In this document: in pieces, positions 30,488 to 38,858 of the stretch
How the letters are laid out: each line of letters starts with the position of its first letter
How positions within the stretch are numbered: the first letter of the stretch is position 1
Assembly: GCA_965238125.1 (NCBI GenBank)
Contig: OZ250179.1
Span: 5,237,271 to 5,301,270 of the forward strand
Source of the DNA: Bryobacterales bacterium
GTDB lineage: Bacteria > Acidobacteriota > Terriglobia > Bryobacterales > UBA6623
Direction of reading: 5' to 3'
DNA: 64,000 nucleotides
Position numbers and translations under genes: made by a program
Notes under the pieces: model-generated
The model's database searches: none
Told to the model about the DNA's origin: nothing
Seen by the model: the letters and a program-made list of their open reading frames with translations, nothing else

Positions 30488-30905
30488 GCCCCGACTCTCC
30501 TCGCACTCTACGACGCCGTTTCATCGAGTTCGGCCCGCCCGACTCGCGACTTGGTTCCCCAAAAGCACCGGCAAACATCACGTTGTCTCCCCGCGTCACA
30601 AGGACGACACCGCTGAAGTCTCGGTGTAACGCGCGACGAGTCTTTCGATCCCTTGGGAGATTGCGGTGTCTTCCGATTGAGCGGCCGGTTCAGGCCCGTC
30701 CCGCAGGCAAGCAGTCAATCGGAACAAGAGTCTAATCCACATTTGCCCACAACATGCAGAACTCTCTCCCCTGCCCCTTCACCGAGCCTCTCAGCGATCT
30801 TGTAGTGGCTGATGGTTTTGCCAATCAAGATGGGGACATTGTACCGCTACGAGGGATTGGTGTTGATAACAATCGTTCCGTCCATCAATCGGATTTTTCA
30901 GCTCA
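30488..30905 (-). repeat. Inverted-repeat copy A2: kinase 5' module + serine-hydrolase 5' fragment
   Basis: Partner of 2741-3128. Partial box TGATAACAATCG at 30864-30875, TACAAT (minus) 30843-30838, 9 nt, TTG 30828, LIGKTISHYKIAERLGEG, then MWIRLLFRLTACL...FSGVVLVTRGDNVMFAGAFGEPSRE with frame breaks. Confidence 0.75.
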
Positions 30906-31016
30906 GGGCCCTGAGGGAAGGCGGTTTTCTCTGTCCTCGGGAGGCCGTGATCGTCTCAGGCGCGCGATAGATGGTTCGTTGATTCATCCGTGCGGCCACC
31001 TCCCCTCCGATTCGGA

Positions 31017-31310
31017 CTACCGAATTCCGAAAAGATCGGACCGCGCGTGCTTGTACTCGAACCGCTTCGGGTTCACGGCCGTTAATCCCGGCGTATCGAC
31101 TTCGATGATGGTTCCGGCAATCGGTTCGTATGCGGCGCGGAAGGCCACTGCGGCCTTCACCACGAGGATCTTCTGCCGCTCGGGCACGATACCCGCACTG
31201 GTGAGTTGCCCCAGGCTGAACGGCGTGTGGACGAAGCGTTCGCTGCAAAGACGAAATTCCGGCGTCTGGTCGTGCAAGGAGGTCTCACAACACGGAACGG
31301 ATGTGTAGTC
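31017..31310 (-). pseudogene. MlrC (M81 peptidase) C-terminal fragment
   Basis: ...ILVVKAAVAFRAAYEPIAGTIIEVDTPGLTAVNPKRFEYKHARSDLFGIR resembles MlrC C-terminal domains; the N-terminal about 400 aa are missing. Confidence 0.5.
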
Positions 31311-31323
31311 GGCCGTGATAGCG

Positions 31324-31764
31324 TCATCGGGAGCCTACGCGCGTAGCGGTGAGGTCTCTGCTCCAGGCCCCACCACCTCGCCAGACGAGGTAGAGGCACA
31401 TCGCGATGACTGTCAACGGAATAATCGGCTCGCTCGGCTGCAGAGGGAAAAGCGAGGGATCGTCGATCACGACGTGAACATAGGTCGCGACAGTCATGAT
31501 GCCTATGACCGCCACAACTGCCAGCCGTACGAAGAGACCAACCCCGAGAACGACTCCGACGATGATCTCAACGAATGGCACGCTCCACCGGGATAGCTCA
31601 TAGAACGGGAGTCCAGAGGCAAGTAGCTGTCCCGACCAGGCTTCCGCGAGCATCGGCACGACAAGCTTCATCGTTCCGGTCATGACAAAGAGGACACTGA
31701 GGATCAGACGGATACTGCCCGCCAGCTTATCGTTGGCGGTTTCTTGTATGCTCGCTACGTCCAT
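31324..31764 (-). CDS. DoxX-family membrane protein
   Basis: 146 aa with four hydrophobic helices; GSIRLILSVLFVMTGTMKLV... and PFVEIIVGVVLGVGLF are typical of DoxX. Confidence 0.7.
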   Translation of the reverse strand: MDVASIQETANDKLAGSIRLILSVLFVMTGTMKLVVPMLAEAWSGQLLASGLPFYELSRWSVPFVEIIVGVVLGVGLFVRLAVVAVIGIMTVATYVHVVIDDPSLFPLQPSEPIIPLTVIAMCLYLVWRGGGAWSRDLTATRVGSR

Positions 31765-31939
31765 GCTTGGTGTTCTCCATGCGCCAATCCGAGATTAGGT
31801 CTCGAAGGAGACCGCCTTCACCGAGCTTGGCGAGGAGCTTGAAGTGGGAGATGGTTTGGCCGGTCATGCCGGTCCAATTCTTACTGTTGCGAACAATCGA
31901 TGTCACCAACAATGTGCGGGCGCACCGTCAAGCCCTTGG
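31765..31939 (-). repeat. Kinase 5' module copy placed directly upstream of DoxX, cut by IS1380
   Basis: Box GAACAATCGATGTCACC at 31891-31907. AAGAAT (minus) 31882-31877, 9 nt, ATG 31867, MTGQTISHFKLLAKLGEGG, then non-kinase sequence and the DoxX ATG 47 nt later. The upstream spacer is interrupted at 31940 by IS1380. Confidence 0.7.
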
Positions 31940-33606
31940 CCCGGATTTCCACTTTAGTTTCGGTTCTGCTAACCATCGGGTGGACTCGGACGCCTTTATT
32001 TATGCGGGCTTGAAAGCACTCAAGGCGCTGAGGAGATCAACACCCAATGGGTGAAAAAGAAAACAAACCGTTTCAGCTCACCTTCAATGGATTTCTCAAG
32101 GTCGATTTCCAAGGATCGCGAGTCACCTCGGATGGCGGGCTGATTCTCATTCGCGAACTGGACGAACGACTCGGACTAGGCAAGCTGATAGACGAGCATC
32201 TGACGGATTCGCGGCAAGGCTCGAACAAGAAGTTCCCGTTCGTCGATCTGCTGCGACAGTCGGTCTACTCCCGCTTGGCGGGCTACGAGGATCTCAACGA
32301 CGCCGTTCGTGTCTCCGCCGATCCAACCTTTCGGCTGATTGGCTCGAAGAAGAACTGGGATCGCGGCGCGGCGCTGACCTCCCGGCTGCAGAGCTTCGAG
32401 ACCGCCATGCTCGCCGGCGACGAGAATCTGATCGGGCTGATGGCGGTGAACCGCGAGTTGATCGCGCAAGCCGAGGCCGGTGATGACTCCGAGTGCGTCG
32501 TGCTGGACATGGACTCTACCGAGAGCCCCGTCCACGGCCGGCAGGAAGGCAGCGCCTACAACGGCCACTTCGAGTCGGTCTGCTACCACCCACTGTTGCT
32601 GTTCAACCAGCACGGCGATTGCTTGGCGGCAAAGTTGCGACCGGGCAACGTGTCCAGCGCCGAGGACTGGGACGAGCTGCTGCTGCCGGAAATCGAACGC
32701 CAACAGGCGGAGGGCAAACAGGTGACGTTCCGGGCCGATGCCGCCTTCGCCAAGCCGGATATTTACGAGACGTTGGAGGAGCGCGGCGTGGACTACGTGA
32801 TTCGCATCCCGGCCAACAAGAGCCTGGAGCTGGAGATCGAAGATATCCTGTTTCGTCCGCCGGGCAGGCCGAGCGCAAAGCCCCTGGTGCGCTACAGGAG
32901 CTTTCGGTATCAGGCCGCGAGCTGGTCGAAGTCCCGGCGGGTTGTTGCGAAGGTCGAGCATCACCAAGGTGAGTTGTTTCCTCGCGTCGGTTTCATCGTC
33001 ACGAGCATGGCCTTGCCGAGCCGCTCGCTGGTGCGGTTCTACAACAAGCGCGGCACGGCGGAGCAGTGGATCAAGGAAGGCAAACAAGCGACGCATTGGA
33101 CAAGGCTGTCATGCCATCGGTTCCGGGCCAACGAAGTGCGACTGCAACTCAGCGTGCTGGCCTATAACCTGGGGAACCTATGGCGGAGGCTCGGGCTGCC
33201 GCAACGGATCAAGAGCTGGTCGCTGACGAGCTTGCAACAGCGGCTGATGAAGACGGGCGGTAGGCTGGTCAAGCATGCGCGGTACTATTGGCTGCTGTTG
33301 GCCGAAGGACATCTGAACCGGCGGCTGTTCGGCGACATGCTGCATAGGATCTGGGCGCTGCCTGTGCCGGGTGGGTAGCGTTGCCCGGGCGAGGATCAAC
33401 AGTTTTTGGCTCCAAAAAGGTTTCGCAGGGAGCAGTGTCGGCCGGAGCGCCGTTCAGTCCGCTCAATCAACGTCTGTGAGCGGACGGACGAGCCCTGGCG
33501 CCTACCGGCGGAGGTGATGTGCAGGGTTCAGCGCGAAAAGACGTGGTATTCGGCGCAGCGGGGGTGTATCCTGTGACCGTGCCAGGGCCAAAATGGAAAT
33601 CCTGGC
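31940..33606 (+). mobile_element. IS1380-family insertion sequence, copy A (1667 bp)
   Basis: Ends CCCGGATTTCCACTTT... / ...AAAATGGAAATCCTGGC (imperfect IRs). 4-bp duplication TTGG at 31936-31939 and 33607-33610. Near-identical to 56071-57737. Confidence 0.9.
32047..33378 (+). CDS. IS1380-family DDE transposase
   Basis: 443 aa. [60 protein letters not shown] and [10 protein letters not shown] are typical of IS1380. Confidence 0.9.
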   Translation: MGEKENKPFQLTFNGFLKVDFQGSRVTSDGGLILIRELDERLGLGKLIDEHLTDSRQGSNKKFPFVDLLRQSVYSRLAGYEDLNDAVRVSADPTFRLIGSKKNWDRGAALTSRLQSFETAMLAGDENLIGLMAVNRELIAQAEAGDDSECVVLDMDSTESPVHGRQEGSAYNGHFESVCYHPLLLFNQHGDCLAAKLRPGNVSSAEDWDELLLPEIERQQAEGKQVTFRADAAFAKPDIYETLEERGVDYVIRIPANKSLELEIEDILFRPPGRPSAKPLVRYRSFRYQAASWSKSRRVVAKVEHHQGELFPRVGFIVTSMALPSRSLVRFYNKRGTAEQWIKEGKQATHWTRLSCHRFRANEVRLQLSVLAYNLGNLWRRLGLPQRIKSWSLTSLQQRLMKTGGRLVKHARYYWLLLAEGHLNRRLFGDMLHRIWALPVPGG

Positions 33607-33767
33607 TTGGCCGATAAGGATATCCCATGTTCTCACAGCCTGTTGCGTGTCCCGCGAGGGGCGATTGCTGGTGGGAAATTATTTATCGGTACCTATCCGG
33701 CGCCGTGTGCCCCGCCCCGCCTAAGTCGTTGAAAACAATAGATACAGTCTGCACCGGGAAACGAATC

Positions 33768-34442
33768 ATGACACCCAAAGCAGCCCGACCCAAGGCGTTC
33801 GCGTACCTCCGAGTGAGCGGCAAGGGGCAAGTCAGGGGTGACGGTTTCACTCGCCAACTGCGGGCCATCCGCGCCTATGCCAAGCAGCAAGGTATTCGGA
33901 TAACACAGGTGTTCCGCGAGGAAGGCGTGAGCGGCGCAACAGACCTCGCCAACCGACCCGCGCTCTCGGGCCTGATTGCAGCCCTCCACGGCAACGGGGT
34001 CAAGCTCGTGCTCGTCGAGAAGCTGGACCGTCTCGCCCGTGACCTCATGGTCCAGGAAACCATCATCGGCGATCTGAGAAAACATGGTTTCGAGCTTGTC
34101 TCAGTCCATGAACCCGACCTTCTCCGGGACGACCCGACCCGTGTCCTCATGCGCCAGATGATGGGGGCGATTGCGCAATACGAGAAGGCCGTGATTGTAA
34201 TGAAGCTACGGGGCGCACGGGAGCGTAAGAAGGCCCGCACGGGTCGCTGTGAAGGCCGCAAGCCCTTCGGATTCTATCCAGGCGAAAAGGCCGTCTTGGA
34301 GCGCATGAAAGCCCTGCGGGGGGAGGGGCTGGGTTTCGACCGTCTCGCCGCCCAGATGAACGCTGAGGGGCTCAGGAGGCGCAAGGGAACGCCTTGGGAT
34401 GGGAAGAGCATGAACCGGATCTTGACGCGGTTAGGTGTCTGA
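33768..34442 (+). CDS. Small serine recombinase (resolvase/invertase family)
   Basis: ATG 33768. AFAYLRVSGKGQ (catalytic Ser), LVLVEKLDRLARD, GAIAQYEKAVI, and a C-terminal GRKPFGFYPGE...LAAQMNAEGLRRRKGTPW DNA-binding region. Confidence 0.85.
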   Translation: MTPKAARPKAFAYLRVSGKGQVRGDGFTRQLRAIRAYAKQQGIRITQVFREEGVSGATDLANRPALSGLIAALHGNGVKLVLVEKLDRLARDLMVQETIIGDLRKHGFELVSVHEPDLLRDDPTRVLMRQMMGAIAQYEKAVIVMKLRGARERKKARTGRCEGRKPFGFYPGEKAVLERMKALRGEGLGFDRLAAQMNAEGLRRRKGTPWDGKSMNRILTRLGV

Positions 34443-34475
34443 CCCACCGCACGCAGGCCAACTGTTGCGGTACTG

Positions 34476-35525
34476 CTAGGAACGGGTATCCACTTGAACA
34501 AGTGGCGAAGGCTTTCCGCTGAACTCCAGGGTCTGGCGGTCACGCCAGCGGTCGATGACGGACACCTGATGGACGCAGGAAACCGTGCAATACGGCGCGC
34601 AAGCCTTCTTCGTCATGTATTCGCGGCGGATATCCTCGCGGGTGTATTGCTCAAGAGGAATAGCGGGATGGCCTCGCTGTTGTGAGCAGTAATGGACCAG
34701 CCCGTTCTCGCAAACGTACAGGTAGCGGGCTCCGGCGCGGCACCACCACCAGTTATTCGCTTTGCCTTCGACGAGGCGTTTCTGGAACGGATTGTACTTG
34801 TTGATGCGCCCGAAGGAACTTTTCCCCAGGTCGCACACCTGCTCGAAGATGCTCTTCTGATGCGGACTCAGTGGGTTCAACTGCCCGCCGCCGTCGTGGA
34901 TGATTCCCACCGTCGTCGCGAGGCCGTAGGCTTGGGCACGCTGCGCGACCTCGAGCGCATCCTCGGGACGGTGGATGTCGGCGCCGAGGACAGAGTTGAT
35001 GTTGATGTGGAACTCCGCATGTTCGGCGAGCATGGCGAGTTTCTGGTCGAGGACTTTCAAACTTTTCTTTGAGACATCATCCGGCTGCACATTGTCGACG
35101 CTGATTTGAAGATGGTCGAGTCCTGCCTTGTTGAGCCGGTCGATGCGGTCCGGCATCAGAAAGTAGCCGTTGGTGAGCAGCCCGGCCATGATGCCGTGTT
35201 CGCGGATGCGGCGGATGACGTCGTCCAGATCCGGGTGCAACATCGGTTCGCCGCCGCTGAGCGTGATAATGCTCGTGCCAAGCCCCGCGAGATGATCGAT
35301 GCGACGGAAGAGTTCGTCGGTCGGTACGGGCGGTGAGTGATCGTCGAATTCGTTGCAGTAGGTGCAGGAAAGATTGCAGCGGCGAATCGGAATCAGATGG
35401 ACCAGAATCGGATGGTCCTTGTGCGCGAGGCCATGGGCGACCATGCGCATCTCGCGTGCTTTGCGGCGGAATGTCCGCCACTTGCCGCGCCAGGTGGAGG
35501 CGCGCCGGATGACCACAGGTTCCAT
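34476..35525 (-). CDS. Radical SAM protein
   Basis: IPIRRCNLSCTYCNE (CxxxCxxC), ITLSGGEPMLHPD, Cys-rich C-terminus (CRAGARYLYVCENGLVHYCS...CAPYCTVSC). The start is uncertain (35525 or an internal M). Confidence 0.8.
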   Translation of the reverse strand: MEPVVIRRASTWRGKWRTFRRKAREMRMVAHGLAHKDHPILVHLIPIRRCNLSCTYCNEFDDHSPPVPTDELFRRIDHLAGLGTSIITLSGGEPMLHPDLDDVIRRIREHGIMAGLLTNGYFLMPDRIDRLNKAGLDHLQISVDNVQPDDVSKKSLKVLDQKLAMLAEHAEFHININSVLGADIHRPEDALEVAQRAQAYGLATTVGIIHDGGGQLNPLSPHQKSIFEQVCDLGKSSFGRINKYNPFQKRLVEGKANNWWWCRAGARYLYVCENGLVHYCSQQRGHPAIPLEQYTREDIRREYMTKKACAPYCTVSCVHQVSVIDRWRDRQTLEFSGKPSPLVQVDTRS

Positions 35526-35794
35526 GCTCTACCGAAGGGCTTATGCGAGAGCGAACGAAGGATCAGGTAGAATGCGACGACCGTTGGTCTGACACTGCGG
35601 TTAAGATCCGGTTTCCCAAAAGAGAGGGTTGCGTGAGATTCCGCAGATCGCCGTAGGTCAGCTAGAAAATCCTCCGGGGGAACTCATGTCTGTAGTTGTA
35701 TCGCATTTCGCTGCGAAAGGAAACGTCGTAGGGTCGGCAGGAAGCCGAAAGCTGACTAGTTGGACCTCACCGGCGAAGACCGAAAGAATTGAGT

Positions 35795-36340
35795 TTAGAG
35801 CTTGTCGCGCGGCTCGCCGTTGATCTTGAACGTTACTTGCATCGGCTCGTCGGAGATCCGGTTGTCGATGCTTTGGCCCTGTGAACGACTCGCGGACTGG
35901 TCTTCGAGTTTCTTGCGCTCCTCTATCTCCCTTAACCTGTCCACGAACTCGATCGGCAATCCGTACTTCAGCTCGCCCGAAATGTTCAGCTTCTGCCCGT
36001 CGAGGCCGAAGTACTTTGCCCGCCGTTCCATGATCTTCAAAACCTTGTCGGCGGCCGCCGGATCGGGGTCTTTTTCGTCAGTTGCCGGCGGGAACCACGC
36101 CACCAGCATTTTGTCGAGCCGCGCCAAGTCGGTCAACGCCGCCTTGCGGGCCTCGGATCGTAGCTCTTCATCCTGGTCGTCCCAATACCGCTCAAGAGCC
36201 TTCCGGACCCCTTCATGAGTGATGTTTAAGCGTTTTGCGATCTCCCGAAGGGACAAGCCCTTCAGGCGCAATTCGAAGCACTCAAGCGAGGTCTTCTGAG
36301 CGCTCAAGACGGTGCGCGAGGACTTCTTAGATCGTGGCAT
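35795..36340 (-). CDS. HTH protein, phage terminase-small-subunit-like (tentative)
   Basis: 181 aa. LKGLSLREIAKRLNITHEGVRKAL (HTH), ...AAADKVLKIMERRAKYFGLDG resembles TerS-type proteins. Weak recognition. Confidence 0.4.
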   Translation of the reverse strand: MPRSKKSSRTVLSAQKTSLECFELRLKGLSLREIAKRLNITHEGVRKALERYWDDQDEELRSEARKAALTDLARLDKMLVAWFPPATDEKDPDPAAADKVLKIMERRAKYFGLDGQKLNISGELKYGLPIEFVDRLREIEERKKLEDQSASRSQGQSIDNRISDEPMQVTFKINGEPRDKL

Positions 36341-36552
36341 GGTGTCAACTCATGGATCTGTCAACTGCTTTGGGGCCTCTCGGGTCGACTGCCTCAACCG
36401 GATTCGCTCCGATTTCGGAGCCCCTTGTATGTTTGGAAGAGTGGGGAGGGAGTGGGTCGGTACGCTTGTTAGGCGTGCCCTTCTTGCGGCCGCCGGTCTT
36501 ACGTCCATGTGCCACGTTCTACTTCAGTCTACTTTAGACAGAGAACCCGCCC

Positions 36553-36627
36553 CGGCAGGAGCCACAGGACGAAGTCGTAAGCCTTGCCGACGACAACAGC
36601 CGGTTCACGTTCCTGGGCGGGCGGCAT
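36553..36627 (-). pseudogene. Avd-like (DGR accessory variability determinant) 5' fragment
   Basis: ATG 36627: MPPAQEREPAVVVGKAYDFVLWLLP resembles the conserved N-terminus of Avd/four-helix-bundle proteins (..YD..WL.P..). Similarity ends after about 25 codons. Confidence 0.4.
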
Positions 36628-36659
36628 GGCCCATGCTAGCAAGGCGAAAAAAATTTCGG

Positions 36660-36676
36660 CTGGGGCTTCGCCCCAG
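36660..36676 (-). other. GC-rich hairpin CTGGGGC-GAA-GCCCCAG between the putative VR and avd
   Basis: 7-bp perfect stem with a 3-nt loop, read on the minus strand, about 20 nt after the stop of the FGE-like ORF. Confidence 0.5.
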
Positions 36677-36697
36677 TAAAGGGAAAAGGAAAAAGGG

Positions 36698-37000
36698 TCA
36701 AGAGGAAACTTCCCGGGCACAACGGAAGCCGATAACGTTGCCCCCGCCGTCAGGCCGGTGCCAGAGGCGGAGCGACACGCGCAGGACCTCGGGAAGGTTG
36801 TACCACGACCCGCCGCGCAAAACCCGCACCTCGCCGTTCTTCGGCCCCGACGGATTCTCGGACGGAGACTTGGCGTAGTAGCCCGCGCCGTACCAGTCGG
36901 AGCACCATTCAAACACATTCCCCGTCAGGTCCTGAATCCCGTCCGGCGTCGCGCCACGCGGATAGAGTCCAACCGGCGTCGGATGACCAACGTGAGGCTG
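36698..37000 (-). pseudogene. FGE-sulfatase (C-type-lectin fold) domain, C-terminal fragment; possible DGR variable-region carrier
   Basis: HPTPVGLYPRGATPDGIQDLTGNVFEWCSDWYGAGYY...VRVLRGGSWYNLPEVLRVSLRLWHRPDGGGNVIGFRCA. The N-terminal two thirds of the domain are missing. Confidence 0.6.
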
Positions 37001-37106
37001 CGGGAGGAAGGTCATCACCTTGTTAAATTGAAAACCTGTCGCAATTTTTCGGCGAAAGGCGACAGGCGTCGGGGCTTCTCCGCAGCCTCCTCCGGGACGG
37101 TAGGCG

Positions 37107-37370
37107 CTAGCCTTCCCGGCGCTTGTCCTGGATGAGCTCCCGTAGCTCTTGACTGGCCTTGAAGAAGGGGGATCTTCTTGGGAGGAACTTGCACCGGTTG
37201 GCCCGATTTGGGATTCCGTGCGATACGCCCTCGGCGCGCCGCCGAGTGCCGAAGCTTCCAAACCTTCGAATCTCAACTCTCCGGCCCTCTCGCAGTGCTT
37301 TAACTACGCTCTCGAAGACGGTTTCCACAATTGCCGTAGCCTCTCTGCGAGAAACATTCGACGACGCGTG
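37107..37370 (-). pseudogene. HU/IHF-family DNA-binding protein, decayed
   Basis: ...LSRREATAIVETVFESVVKALREGRRVEIRRFGSFGTR (frame 0), ARRGRIARNPKSGQPVQVPPKKIP (shifted frame), FFKASQELRELI (frame 0 again). No clear start codon. Confidence 0.65.
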
Positions 37371-37493
37371 CCTCCCTAACGCGCGCGGGTCGGTTTTGGG
37401 TGGCGCCTGGCTCGGTTACCTACCGGAAAGCTGCGGACATCTCTATGGAGCTACCGAGCAAGGATCTAATTTCCGGTAGAGCTAGGCAAGAGC

Positions 37494-37670
37494 CACTCCC
37501 TTGTTCGATCACCCGAGCTTGGCCGCTCCTCCGATCCCCAATACGACGTTTCGGCCGACGGGCAAGGCTTTATCATCGCCACGCCGGTCGAAGACGCGCC
37601 CGGCGCCAAGCCGATGATCCGCGTTGTAATGAATTGGGCCGAAGAGTTCCGCGACCGCGAGGGGGACTAA
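37494..37670 (+). pseudogene. Solo 3' remnant of a kinase-TolB gene
   Basis: TPLFDHPSL... then QYDVSADGQGFIIATPVEDAPGAKPMIRVVMNWAEEFRDREGD-stop (37668-37670). Confidence 0.65.
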
Positions 37671-37714
37671 CTTCATGCACACCAGTCAGTTGAGGCTCTC
37701 CCGAACTTAGATGT

Positions 37715-37921
37715 TGGGAAATCGGGTTCGCATGAACAATCCGGCAGATAAGCGTCTTCACCGCCCTTGACGGACCCGGAAACCGAGCGGACGCAGCGTC
37801 CTGGACGAAAAAATTTGTCTGTTTGTGACATCGATTGTTATTAACAGCAATCCTGCGGCGGTGCCCTGAACCGGAAAACTCAAAGAGCCGCGAAAGTTAT
37901 TCTACGGCCACGGATGTAGGG
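37715..37921 (+). repeat. Inverted-repeat copy B2 (junction-module spacer + box + 3' extension)
   Basis: Near-identical reverse complement of 8407-8613. Box TGTGACATCGATTGTTATTAA at 37824-37844. Confidence 0.85.
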
Positions 37922-37965
37922 ACTTCCTACCGTTGCCAGAAGCAGCGTCCGAATAGGAGACCGCC

Positions 37966-38133
37966 ATGCCCCGCAAACTCCTTCGCGAAGCGTTTGTGAT
38001 TGTGGTCGAGACGGCTGTGTTGCTGGCGTTGCTAGCCGCGTTGGGACTGCCGGGTCGCCGCCCGCCGAAAGCCGAGGCCGCCGTCAGCTTCGCAGAAACT
38101 CTTCAGACCCAAGGCGTCCGCCCGACTCAATGA
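37966..38133 (+). CDS. Hypothetical 55-aa single-TM protein
   Basis: Below the ORF-track cut-off. AGGAGA at 37955-37960, 5 nt before the ATG. MPRKLLREAFVIVVETAVLLALLAALGLPGRRPPKAEAAVSF... Confidence 0.35.
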   Translation: MPRKLLREAFVIVVETAVLLALLAALGLPGRRPPKAEAAVSFAETLQTQGVRPTQ

Positions 38134-38301
38134 GGCCGTATCGCAGCAGGCGACATCATCAGTGTCGATTGCAGGGTGCGGGAGGCACTCAACTTCCAAT
38201 CGTAGACGCAGCATGGGGGCCGCCCGGGAGAGTTCACCGACTACGCTCCCACTCCCAAGAGCTGGCACGGAACGGCTGCGGACGAGCCTAAGCCTCTTCA
38301 A

Positions 38302-38396
38302 AACAGCCTGGGCAGGCTCACCAACACATCGCCGGGTTTCGCCGCCCGCCGAAAGCCGAACAGCCTGGGCAGGCTCACCAACACATCGCCGGGTTT
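38302..38396. repeat. 38-bp direct repeat x2 (38302-38339, 38359-38396)
   Basis: AACAGCCTGGGCAGGCTCACCAACACATCGCCGGGTTT occurs twice. The 21-bp stretch spanning the spacer (38339-38359) also occurs at 38055-38075. Confidence 0.8.
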
Positions 38397-38633
38397 GACC
38401 GAGCCGAGCATCTTCAAGAAAGGCTCGAAGATGACGGGGGGGTCCTCGCTTTCCGTCGGCTCGCCCAAAATCGTCAGCGCCCGCCCCGCTAGGGTGGTCC
38501 CCGGGCGAATGGCCTGAATTTCATGAGGCAGCACCTGGTCGGGCAACCCCATCTCATCGAGAATGTCACTCAACGCGCCGGTGTAAGGAAGTGCGGCAAA
38601 TCGTTCAATGAGGTTGGAATCCGTGTCTGCCAT
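38397..38633 (-). pseudogene. RraA-family protein, N-terminal fragment
   Basis: ATG 38633: MADTDSNLIERFAALPYTGALSDILDEMGLPDQVLPHEIQAIRPGTTLAGRALTI...VKPGDVLVS, then the duplicated junction sequence instead of the rest of the fold. Confidence 0.55.
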
Positions 38634-38858
38634 GATGCCTACTCTGTACCAGCCTACCTGGTTCACCCGCCTTCCGAACCGTGATCGGATACCTCGGATC
38701 CAAGTTGGAGTCCGGCCACGCCGACGTGTCCCCGTCCCGCACGCGATCAAACCGCATTCAAAATTCCGGCGGCCGCGGCTTCCTTGACCGTCCCGCCTGG
38801 CCGCCGGGCAGTGGACGATTTCTCAAAGCCCCATCCGCTCGTGTAGTAAGCTCTCTGT

